Assembly: GCA_049322255.1 (NCBI GenBank)
Contig: JBMORE010000146.1
Span: forward strand, 54,770-74,769
Direction of reading: 5' to 3'
From: Myxococcota bacterium
GTDB taxonomy: Bacteria > Myxococcota > Myxococcia > Myxococcales > Myxococcaceae
DNA: 20,000 nucleotides
The notes below the pieces were generated by a model. It was given only the letters and a program-made list of their open reading frames with translations, was not told the DNA's origin and did no database searches. The position numbers and the translations under genes are program-made. Position 1 is the stretch's first letter. Every line of letters begins with the position of its first letter. Below, piece by piece: positions 8,496 through 15,857 of this stretch.

Positions 8496-9131
8496 TTGGC
8501 ACCGGAGACGACGACAGACGAGCAACTGATGCTCGCCTTCCAGTCGGGCGACGCGCGCGCGTTCGAGACGCTCGTGCGCCGTCACCGGGGGCCGGTGTTC
8601 AACTTCATCCTCCGCTTCGCCGGACAGCGGCAGCGGGCCGAAGACCTGCTGCAAGAGACGTGGTTGAAGGTGGTGCGGGGCGCGGGCGAGTACGAACCGA
8701 AGGCCAGGTTCACGACCTGGGTGTACACCATCGCGAGGAATCTCTGCGTGGACAGCGCGAGGAAAGAGAGCTATCGCCAAGCCGACTCGCTCGACGCTCC
8801 GGTGGGCGGGGCGCCGGAGGGCGAGGGCCGGCTCCTGGGCGAATCGCTGCCCGACGGCGGCGGCATCGGCCCCGAGCGCGGCGCCTACAACGCGCGGGTG
8901 CGGCCGTTGCTCGAGCGCGCGCTCATGTCCTTGCCCGAGGAGCAGCGCGAGGTCTTCATCTTGCGCGAGTACAACGGAATCGCCTTCAAGGACATCGCCC
9001 AGGTGACGGGGGTGCCGGAGAACACGGTGAAAAGCCGCATGCGCTATGCCCTCGAGGGGCTGCGCCGCCGCTTGGCCGAGCTGGGCGTCGAGGGCGACCT
9101 CGCGGAGGACGGAAGGACGGTGGCGGGATGA
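8496..9131 (+). CDS. ECF-type RNA polymerase sigma-70 factor
   Basis: DEQLMLAFQSGDARAFETLVRRH; region 2 AEDLLQETWLKV and FTTWVYTIARNLCVD; region 4 LPEEQREVFILRE..G..FKDIA..TGVPENTVKSRMRYA. Start is uncertain: in-frame TTG at 8496 (G-rich upstream) is preferred over TTG at 8463. Confidence 0.95.
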   Translation: MAPETTTDEQLMLAFQSGDARAFETLVRRHRGPVFNFILRFAGQRQRAEDLLQETWLKVVRGAGEYEPKARFTTWVYTIARNLCVDSARKESYRQADSLDAPVGGAPEGEGRLLGESLPDGGGIGPERGAYNARVRPLLERALMSLPEEQREVFILREYNGIAFKDIAQVTGVPENTVKSRMRYALEGLRRRLAELGVEGDLAEDGRTVAG

Positions 9132-10474
9132 ACGCCGGCGCACACCAATACGAGGACAAGCTCCTGGAGTTCGCCTACGGCGAGCTGCCCGCTCCCGAGG
9201 CGAAGGCAGTCGAGGCCCACCTAAAGTCCTGCGCCCGCTGCTCCGAGGCGCTGGGTTCGATCCGCGGGGTGCGCTCGGCGATGAGCCAGCTGCCGGCGGC
9301 GCCCGCTCCCGAGGCCGGCCTGGAGTCCTTGCTCGCCTATGCCGAACAGGCCGCGCGCCGGCACGCCGCCGGGCCCGCGCCGGCAGGCGGCGGGTGGCGC
9401 AAGTGGCTCGCTCCGTTGGCCGGGGTGGCCGCGCTGGTCGTCGTCGGAGTGGTGGCCTACCAGGCGGACAAGGAGCTCCCTGAAATCACTCCCACGAAGG
9501 CGGCCAAAGAAGTCGGCGTGCTTCCCGAGCGAATGGCGCGCTCCGAGCAAACCTACGGCCAAGCCGAGCCTGCGCCCCCGCTTGCGGCTGAGGAGACGTG
9601 GGCTCCGGCGCAGGCAGCCGCGGCGCCCCCGGTGAACGCCAAGGACGATGAGGTCGACGCGGTGGGCGACCTGAGGCGTGGGCTGACGGCGGCGAAGCGG
9701 AGCGAGCGACAGAAGGCCTACCGGACGGACAACGCCTTGAACACGCTCCAGGCGCCCGAGGCGAAGCAAAAGCTCGCCAAGCGGAAAGCGGCGGCCAAGC
9801 CGAGCTTCGGGCTCGACGACGGGGTGGGCAGGGACACCGGCCGCGCGCCCGCCGATCAAGAGCGCGCCCAGGCTCCGTCGAAAGGGAGCCTGGCGCTGGG
9901 AGGCTTCAGCACCAAGCAGAGCACTTCGGCGGGCGAGGGGTTCGGCCTGAGCTCCGGTGTCGGAACGCCGCCGTCGAGCATGCCGGCTGCGCCCCGGCCG
10001 AGCGCTCCGAGCAGCTCCGTCGCCGAAACCCGCGCCGCCGAGCGCGCCGAGACGGGAAGCTCGTACGATCGCGAGGACCAGAGCAAGCAGCTGGCCGTCG
10101 AGCTGGAGTCGTTGCTTTCGCGTGCGCGCAAGGCGCAGGCGTCCAGGGACTACCAGAACGAAATCCTCCTCGCCCAGGAGGTGATGAAGCGCGGCGCCAC
10201 CGGCTACCAGCAGATGGAGGCCTTGCGCATGCTGTGCGAAGCGTTTCTCGACCTGGGCGATGAGGCCCGGGCGACCCCGTACTGCGAGGTGTTGATGAAG
10301 CGGTTCCCCTCCAGCGGCGCGGCCAAGTTGGTGCGCAACCGGATGACGCGCGCGTCGGACAAGAAGAGCATTCAGCGCAAGGTCGAGCTTCCCAGCGAGA
10401 AGGACCAGGCTCCCGCCCAGGCCGCCCCGGAGGAGGTGGAGGGGAAAGGGCATCAAGCGGTTCCGGCGTATTGA
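9128..10474 (+). CDS. Zinc-binding (zf-HC2/ZAS) transmembrane anti-sigma factor with C-terminal TPR-like helices
   Basis: ATG at 9128 in an ATGA overlap with the sigma gene. LLEFAYGEL...HLKSCARC (HxxxCxxC); one TM segment WLAPLAGVAALVVVGVVAY; low-complexity Ala/Ser/Pro linker; helical end (ALRMLCEAFLDLGDEARATPYCEVLMKRFPSS). Confidence 0.88.
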   Translation: MNAGAHQYEDKLLEFAYGELPAPEAKAVEAHLKSCARCSEALGSIRGVRSAMSQLPAAPAPEAGLESLLAYAEQAARRHAAGPAPAGGGWRKWLAPLAGVAALVVVGVVAYQADKELPEITPTKAAKEVGVLPERMARSEQTYGQAEPAPPLAAEETWAPAQAAAAPPVNAKDDEVDAVGDLRRGLTAAKRSERQKAYRTDNALNTLQAPEAKQKLAKRKAAAKPSFGLDDGVGRDTGRAPADQERAQAPSKGSLALGGFSTKQSTSAGEGFGLSSGVGTPPSSMPAAPRPSAPSSSVAETRAAERAETGSSYDREDQSKQLAVELESLLSRARKAQASRDYQNEILLAQEVMKRGATGYQQMEALRMLCEAFLDLGDEARATPYCEVLMKRFPSSGAAKLVRNRMTRASDKKSIQRKVELPSEKDQAPAQAAPEEVEGKGHQAVPAY

Positions 10475-10476
10475 CG

Positions 10477-10510
10477 CCCCTCACCCGGCCCTCTCCCAGG
10501 GGGAGAGGGG
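10477..10510 (+). repeat. BoxC/REP-like palindromic repeat, copy 2
   Basis: CCCCTCACCC-GG-CCCTCTCCC-AGG-GGGAGAGGGG: perfect 9-bp stem, starting 2 nt after the anti-sigma stop codon. Confidence 0.88.
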
Positions 10511-10557
10511 GGGTGGCCACTCGACCGATACCGCCTCGTCCGCGGCAGGGAGGTAAC

Positions 10558-10776
10558 ATGACGCCCATGGCGCGGAAGACTCGTAGGCCTCGTGGTCAGG
10601 CGATGGTCGAGTACTCGATGCTCAATTGGATACTCATCGTCGGCCTGGTGCTGGGCTCGACGGTGCGGATGTTCCCGGGGCCTCGCACGCAAAGAAACCT
10701 CATCGAGCTGTTCTTGGCGTCGTACCAGACGTACTACGACTCCTTCTTTTACCTCCTCAGCCTGCCCTTTCCGTAA
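10558..10776 (+). CDS. Small Flp/Tad-type prepilin-like protein
   Basis: GGAGGT RBS before ATG 10558 (alternative ATG 10567). Basic leader RKTRRPRG|QAMVEY with Glu+5 and Tyr+6 (Flp motif), then a hydrophobic helix. Adjacent to cpaB/tadB/tadC. Confidence 0.8.
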   Translation: MTPMARKTRRPRGQAMVEYSMLNWILIVGLVLGSTVRMFPGPRTQRNLIELFLASYQTYYDSFFYLLSLPFP

Positions 10777-10778
10777 CG

Positions 10779-11483
10779 ATGGGCCAGCGCCCGCTCTTCG
10801 CGGTCCTCTTCCTCGGGTTGGCCTGCTCCACCCTGGCGTGGGTGTGGCCGGAGCTTCTGCACCTCGCGTCCGCCCTGGCCGCCCCCTACCACTCGGGCAC
10901 GCCGCCTTCGGTGCTCGCGGGAGCCGTCGCCGTGGCCGGTGCGCTCTGGGTGCTGGTGGGGCTTTTGCGCCGGCGCGGTCCGCACGGCAGCCTGGGCCTA
11001 TTGCTCGGGGCGGGCTTCGTCTTGGGGCTCGTCGACGGCGGCGAAGCGGGCTCCCAGCGCACCTTTTCCTCGGCGAACCTCGCCATCCTCGAGGCCGGCA
11101 CGGCTCTCCACGCGCGCATGCTCACGGTCGTGCAAAAGGAAAACGCCATTCCGCAAGACCTCACCCGCTGGAAAGAAGCGCTCGCCTCGGCCGTGTTGGA
11201 AACCAGGTTCCCTACCTCGCCGGTGCGACGGCGTAACTTCGAGCCGGTTCCCTACGCGCTGATGCAGATCAAACGGGAGGGTGACGTTCCCGACGGGCTG
11301 GTGCCGGGAACATTCCTCTTGTGGCTGCCTTCAGAAGGGGAACGATACGAGCTCACCCTGGTGGGATTTGAGCCCGACGGAGAAGCTGCCTTGTTGCGCG
11401 ATGAGGCGCACCAAGTGGTCGCCCTCACCGGCTCCTACAGCGCGCAACCTCTGTCTTTGACACCTCTTCACGGCGACAGATAG
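10779..11483 (+). CDS. Hypothetical membrane protein in the Tad cluster
   Basis: ATG 2 nt after the pilin stop; about three N-terminal hydrophobic segments followed by a soluble domain; no recognised motif. Confidence 0.65.
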   Translation: MGQRPLFAVLFLGLACSTLAWVWPELLHLASALAAPYHSGTPPSVLAGAVAVAGALWVLVGLLRRRGPHGSLGLLLGAGFVLGLVDGGEAGSQRTFSSANLAILEAGTALHARMLTVVQKENAIPQDLTRWKEALASAVLETRFPTSPVRRRNFEPVPYALMQIKREGDVPDGLVPGTFLLWLPSEGERYELTLVGFEPDGEAALLRDEAHQVVALTGSYSAQPLSLTPLHGDR

Positions 11484-11486
11484 CAT
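11457..11486 (+). promoter_or_regulatory. Putative sigma70 promoter for cpaB-tadB-tadC
   Basis: Perfect TTGACA (11457-11462), 18-bp spacer, TAGCAT (11481-11486); GGAGG RBS at 11521-11525. Confidence 0.55.
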
Positions 11487-11535
11487 CCTCGCGGTTTGAC
11501 TTCGCTTTTCACCCGCTGAGGGAGGCCTCTCTCAA

Positions 11536-12351
11536 ATGCTCAAGGGTAAAACCCCTCTCGTGGTGGCGCTGGTGCTGGGGCTGCTCGCCGGCGTGGTGGC
11601 CTACTCGGCCATCAAGAAGAAGGAGGCCGACGTCCGCCGCGGGTGGAACCTCGTGCCGGTGATCGTCGCCGCCGCCGACATCGCCGAGGGCACGGTGGTG
11701 ACCTTCGATATGATTTCTCAGCGCCCGGTGCCCGAGCAATTCGTCACCTCTTCGGTGGTCAAGCCCGAGTCCGCCTCCTACGTGGTGAACCAAAAGGTGC
11801 TGGTGCCGGTGCAGAAGGGCGACGCGCTCTTGTGGAGCCAGTTCGAGACCACCAAGGCCGCCGAACGTCTCTCCACCAAGGTGCAGAAGAAGGCGCGGGC
11901 GGTCACCATCGAAGCATCCAAGACCACCGCGGTGGGCGGCTGGGTGCGCCCCAACGACCACGTCGACGTGATTGGTACCTTCAAAGATCCGCAGACGAAC
12001 GAGTCGGTGGCGGTGACGCTCCTGCAGAACGTGATCGTCCTGGCCACCGGAAAAATCACCGGCACCACCAACGTGAACCTCATCCCCGAGAACCAGCGCG
12101 AGTACAACTCGGTGTCGCTCCTGGTCCTCCCCGAGGAGGCGGAGATTCTGGTGCTCGCCGTCGAGTTGGGAAGCCTGACGCTCTCCTTGCGCAACGAGGA
12201 CGACTTCGACGGCCTCGAAGAGCGCGGTCGCGCCACCATCAACACCTTGCTCTCCGGAGAGCGCACCCGGGTCCTGGAACAGAAGCGTCGGAACATCATT
12301 TCGATCATCCGCGGCTCCACCAGCGACAAGGCAGCGGGCACGGCGCAGTAG
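11536..12351 (+). CDS. cpaB: Flp pilus assembly protein CpaB/RcpC
   Basis: N-terminal TM anchor; SAF-like region VIVAAADIAEGT; RcpC core RAVTI...VGGWVRPNDHVDVIGT...TLLQNVIVLATG...LSLRN. Confidence 0.93.
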   Translation: MLKGKTPLVVALVLGLLAGVVAYSAIKKKEADVRRGWNLVPVIVAAADIAEGTVVTFDMISQRPVPEQFVTSSVVKPESASYVVNQKVLVPVQKGDALLWSQFETTKAAERLSTKVQKKARAVTIEASKTTAVGGWVRPNDHVDVIGTFKDPQTNESVAVTLLQNVIVLATGKITGTTNVNLIPENQREYNSVSLLVLPEEAEILVLAVELGSLTLSLRNEDDFDGLEERGRATINTLLSGERTRVLEQKRRNIISIIRGSTSDKAAGTAQ

Positions 12352-12380
12352 CTCCCTTGAAGAGGACCTAAGAGAGCCGC

Positions 12381-13235
12381 ATGGGTTCGATGCTTCCAGG
12401 AATCGTCCTCCTCCTCGTCACCGGGTCGGTGTTCTTCTTCTCCCTGGTGATCTTCGGGGTGCTCTCCAAGGCGTACGAGCAGTACCAGGAGCGCTACGTG
12501 GTCAAGTCGATGAACGACTTGTCCGACATGTTTCTCTTCATCGACCCGCGGCAGATGCTCATTCTCAACGTGGCCTCGATGTGCCTCTTGGGCATTCTCG
12601 CCTACGTGCTGGTCAACCCTCTGGTAGCGGTGGGGATGACCATCTTCGGCTTCTTCTTGCCGATGCTTTTGGTCAGGCACTACCGCAAGCGGCGCATCAA
12701 GAAGTTCAACACCCAGCTGGTCGACGCGCTGCAAGCGATGGCCAACGCCTTCAAGGCCGGCCTCACCTTCCCGCAGTCGATCGAGCACGTGGCCCGCGAG
12801 GCCCAGCCGCCGCTGTCGCAGGAGTTCGGCCTCTTCGTGAAGGAGGTCAAGCTCGGTGTGCCCCTGGAGGAGGCCCTGGTGAACATGGCCAGGCGGGTGG
12901 GCAGCGACGACCTCGAGCTGGTGGTGGTCTCCACCAACATCGCCCGCCAGCTGGGTGGAAACATGGCCGAGATGTTCGAGACCATCTCCTCCACCATTCG
13001 CGAGCGCTTTCGCCTGGAGGGAAAGATCGACGCCCTCACCTCGCAGGGCAAGCTGCAGGGCTGGGTGGTGGCGGCGATGCCGCTCATCCTCGGGTTGGTC
13101 TTGAACTACATGCGCCCCGACCTCATGCAGCCCATGCTCGATCACATCTTCGGCTACGTGCTGGTGGCGGTCATCTGCGTGATGGAAGTGATGGGCGTGC
13201 TCATCATTCGCCGCATCGTGAACATCGACATCTAA
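12381..13235 (+). CDS. tadB: Tad inner-membrane platform protein TadB (T2SS-F family)
   Basis: QLVDALQAMANAFKAGLTF, PLSQEF, GVPLEEAL, GGNMAE...TIRER...IDALTSQGKLQGWVVAAMP, ending IRRIVNIDI. Confidence 0.92.
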   Translation: MGSMLPGIVLLLVTGSVFFFSLVIFGVLSKAYEQYQERYVVKSMNDLSDMFLFIDPRQMLILNVASMCLLGILAYVLVNPLVAVGMTIFGFFLPMLLVRHYRKRRIKKFNTQLVDALQAMANAFKAGLTFPQSIEHVAREAQPPLSQEFGLFVKEVKLGVPLEEALVNMARRVGSDDLELVVVSTNIARQLGGNMAEMFETISSTIRERFRLEGKIDALTSQGKLQGWVVAAMPLILGLVLNYMRPDLMQPMLDHIFGYVLVAVICVMEVMGVLIIRRIVNIDI

Positions 13236-13246
13236 AGGAACCCTTC

Positions 13247-14143
13247 GTGGACGCGCAGGAGCTCATCACCAGGGGGTTGATGTTCGCGGCGGGCGGGCTC
13301 ACCGCCGGGGCGGTGATGTTCTTGGGCGTGGGGCTGTACACCAACCTCGTGCAGCAGTTCCTCCTCGAGGTGAAGGAAGAGTCGCAGGGCGGCGTGAAGG
13401 GCGTGGGCTCGGTCGCCATCCGCAAGCTGGGGGCGATGAACCGCCGCTTCATGTGGCCCGCCTTCGAAGCCAAGATGCGCCGGGTGCTCATCAAGGGCGG
13501 CGAGCCCATGGGCTACAAGCCGGAGGACATTCTCGCCCTGCAGGAAGTCGGCTTCGTGGTGGGGCTCTTCTTCGGCCTGGTGCTGATGAGCTCGGTGGGG
13601 TTCAACCCGGGGCTGTCCCTGCTGGTGGCATTCCTGGGGGCGTTTTACCCGCGCATCTGGGTGAGCGATCAGGTGAAGAAGCGCCACCTGCAGATCTCCC
13701 GCGCGCTGCCCTACAACCTCGACCTGCTCACCCTCTCGGTGGAGGCGGGCCTCGACTTCACCGCCGCCCTCTCCAAGGTGGTGGAGAAAGGCAAGCCCGG
13801 CCCCTTGCGCGAGGAGCTGCAGCTGGTGCTCAAACAGCTCAAGATGGGCAAGACCCGTGAAGAGGCGCTCAAGAGCATGATCGTCCGCGTCGATCTGCCC
13901 TCGCTCACCACCTTCATCACCGCGCTCGTGCAGGCCGACAAGATGGGCACCAGCCTGGGCAAGGTCTTGCGCATTCAGTCCACCCAGCTGCGCATCGACC
14001 GCACCCAGCGGGCCGAGAAGCTCGCCGGCGAAGCCCCGGTGAAGATGCTCTTCCCCCTCATCGCCTGCATTTTCCCCACGGTGTTCATGGTCCTCTTCGG
14101 GCCCATCATCTTCGCCTTCATGTTCGGTAACATCGGCGGGTGA
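13247..14143 (+). CDS. tadC: Tad inner-membrane platform protein TadC (T2SS-F family)
   Basis: GTG at 13247 after AAGGA. LPYNLDLLTLSVEAGLDF, GKTREEAL, QADKMGTSLGKVLRIQS...RAEKLAGEAPVKMLFPL..CIFP. Confidence 0.92.
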   Translation: MDAQELITRGLMFAAGGLTAGAVMFLGVGLYTNLVQQFLLEVKEESQGGVKGVGSVAIRKLGAMNRRFMWPAFEAKMRRVLIKGGEPMGYKPEDILALQEVGFVVGLFFGLVLMSSVGFNPGLSLLVAFLGAFYPRIWVSDQVKKRHLQISRALPYNLDLLTLSVEAGLDFTAALSKVVEKGKPGPLREELQLVLKQLKMGKTREEALKSMIVRVDLPSLTTFITALVQADKMGTSLGKVLRIQSTQLRIDRTQRAEKLAGEAPVKMLFPLIACIFPTVFMVLFGPIIFAFMFGNIGG

Positions 14144-14159
14144 GAATCGAGGAGTCGAG

Positions 14160-15857
14160 ATGTCGAATGGACTGCCGCCCGCACGACGCCGCATGACGAG
14201 CGGAAGAGCGCCATCGGTCGATCGGCCGGGCCGGGCGACATCCTCCGGCGCCGAGGGGCTGGCCAAGCTGGTTTGTACCGCGGGGCCGCTGGCCGGCTCG
14301 GAGTTCCCCTTGGTCGACGGCGAAGCGATCATCGGCCGAGCCAACGACAACGCCATCTCCGTCCCCGACACCTCGGTGTCGCGCAAGCACGTGCTTTTGC
14401 GCCAGGTGGGGGGCGGCTGGGCCGCCAGCGACATGGGCTCGGGCAACGGCACCTTGGTCAACGGTGAGCCGATCGCCGAGGAGACGGTGCTCCGAAACGG
14501 CGACGTCATCACCTTGGGGGACAGCGAGTTCAGCTTCGTGGAGGGGGGTGGGGGCGCGCTGGCCCGGCCGGCGCTCGCCCGGAGAATGAGCGGCGAGGTG
14601 TCGATGAGTAGCCGTGCTCGTCCCCGCTCGCCTCGCCTGTCACGGCAGGTGGCAGCGGTGGAGGTGGGCGCGCAGAAGGCCAAGCGCTTCTTCCGGCTCT
14701 TCGGGCTCTTGGTCGTTTTGATCGCGGTGTCGATCTTGGCCATCAAGGTCTACCAAGCCCGGGAGCGAGAGAAGGTCGCCGCCGCGCAGGAGAAGATGAA
14801 CGAGCAGCGCCGTCAGTTGGGGGCGATCTTCCAGGAGGGCAAGAACCTGGTGCGCGAGGGGAAGTGGAAGGAGGCAAAGGCGAAGTTCGAAGAAATGCAG
14901 GCGCAAAGCCCCGACTACCCCACGCTCGCCGACTACATCGAGCGCGCCAACAAAGAGATTCCCAACCAGGAGAGCCTTCAGCTGGCACAGGAGCGCTTGG
15001 AGAAGAACGAGCTGGGCCCGGCGGCACAGGCCTTGGCCCAGGTGTCGCCCAACACCACCGCCTACCAAAAGCTGCGCGAGCTCAAGGTTCAGCTCGAGGG
15101 GCGGGTGACTGCCCGGCTGCAGGAGGCGAGCCTGTTGCTCGATAACAACGGGCACAAGAGTCTGGCGAAGATGCGGCAACTGGAGGCGATCGCCGCCGAC
15201 ATCCTGATGGCGGTGTCTGATCATCGCGACGCCAACGAGCTTCACAAGCAGGCCAAGCTGAACATCGAGGAGCTCACCCGGCCGCCGCCGGTGGTGAAGC
15301 CACCCTCCCCCAAGCCCTGGCTGGACGTGGCGGAGCGGTTTGGTGGCGGAGACCTGGCGGGCGCCTTGTCGTTGGCCAACGAGTGCGCCGGCGAGTTTCC
15401 GCCGTGCAAGGCGCTGGTGGGTCAGCTCAACAGCTACAACGAGAAGCTCAAGCGCCTGGAGTCGCTCTCGGTCAAAGAGCTGAGCGACTTGCTGGAGCTC
15501 GACGATCGAATCACCAACGACCGCCGAAGCCCGATGTCGCGGCAAGTGGGCACCCGGCTCGCGGGCCACTACTACAAGAGCGCCTCGGCAGCGAAGGTGG
15601 CCGGCGAGTGGGGAAGGGCGATGGACTTCGCCCGGCGCACCTTACGTGCCGACCCCACCCACGCAGGCGCCCAGTCGATCGTCAACGAGCTGCGCCAAAA
15701 GGCGAAGGCGATCTTTCTTCAGGCCTACGCCCTCGCCAGGGAAGGAAGCGACCCGGACGAGGCGCTCAAGCTCTTCAAGGACGTCGTCAGCATGACCCCC
15801 AAAGACGACGAGCACCACGACAAGGCAAAGAGCTGGATCGAGAAGTTGCAGAAGTGA
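14160..15857 (+). CDS. FHA-domain, single-TM, periplasmic TPR/helical protein
   Basis: GAGGAG RBS. FHA signature IIGRANDN...SVSRKH...DMGSGNGTLVNG...LRNGDVITLG; TM LFGLLVVLIAVSILAI; TPR-like repeats (GKWKEAKAKFEE, GEWGRAMDFARRTL, PDEALKLFKDV). Confidence 0.88.
   Translation: MSNGLPPARRRMTSGRAPSVDRPGRATSSGAEGLAKLVCTAGPLAGSEFPLVDGEAIIGRANDNAISVPDTSVSRKHVLLRQVGGGWAASDMGSGNGTLVNGEPIAEETVLRNGDVITLGDSEFSFVEGGGGALARPALARRMSGEVSMSSRARPRSPRLSRQVAAVEVGAQKAKRFFRLFGLLVVLIAVSILAIKVYQAREREKVAAAQEKMNEQRRQLGAIFQEGKNLVREGKWKEAKAKFEEMQAQSPDYPTLADYIERANKEIPNQESLQLAQERLEKNELGPAAQALAQVSPNTTAYQKLRELKVQLEGRVTARLQEASLLLDNNGHKSLAKMRQLEAIAADILMAVSDHRDANELHKQAKLNIEELTRPPPVVKPPSPKPWLDVAERFGGGDLAGALSLANECAGEFPPCKALVGQLNSYNEKLKRLESLSVKELSDLLELDDRITNDRRSPMSRQVGTRLAGHYYKSASAAKVAGEWGRAMDFARRTLRADPTHAGAQSIVNELRQKAKAIFLQAYALAREGSDPDEALKLFKDVVSMTPKDDEHHDKAKSWIEKLQK

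Noticed and set aside
10471..10557. N-terminal extension of the pilin ORF (MTPLTRPSPRGRGG...)
   Set aside because: It is a translation of repeat copy 2; the strong RBS lies before ATG 10558.
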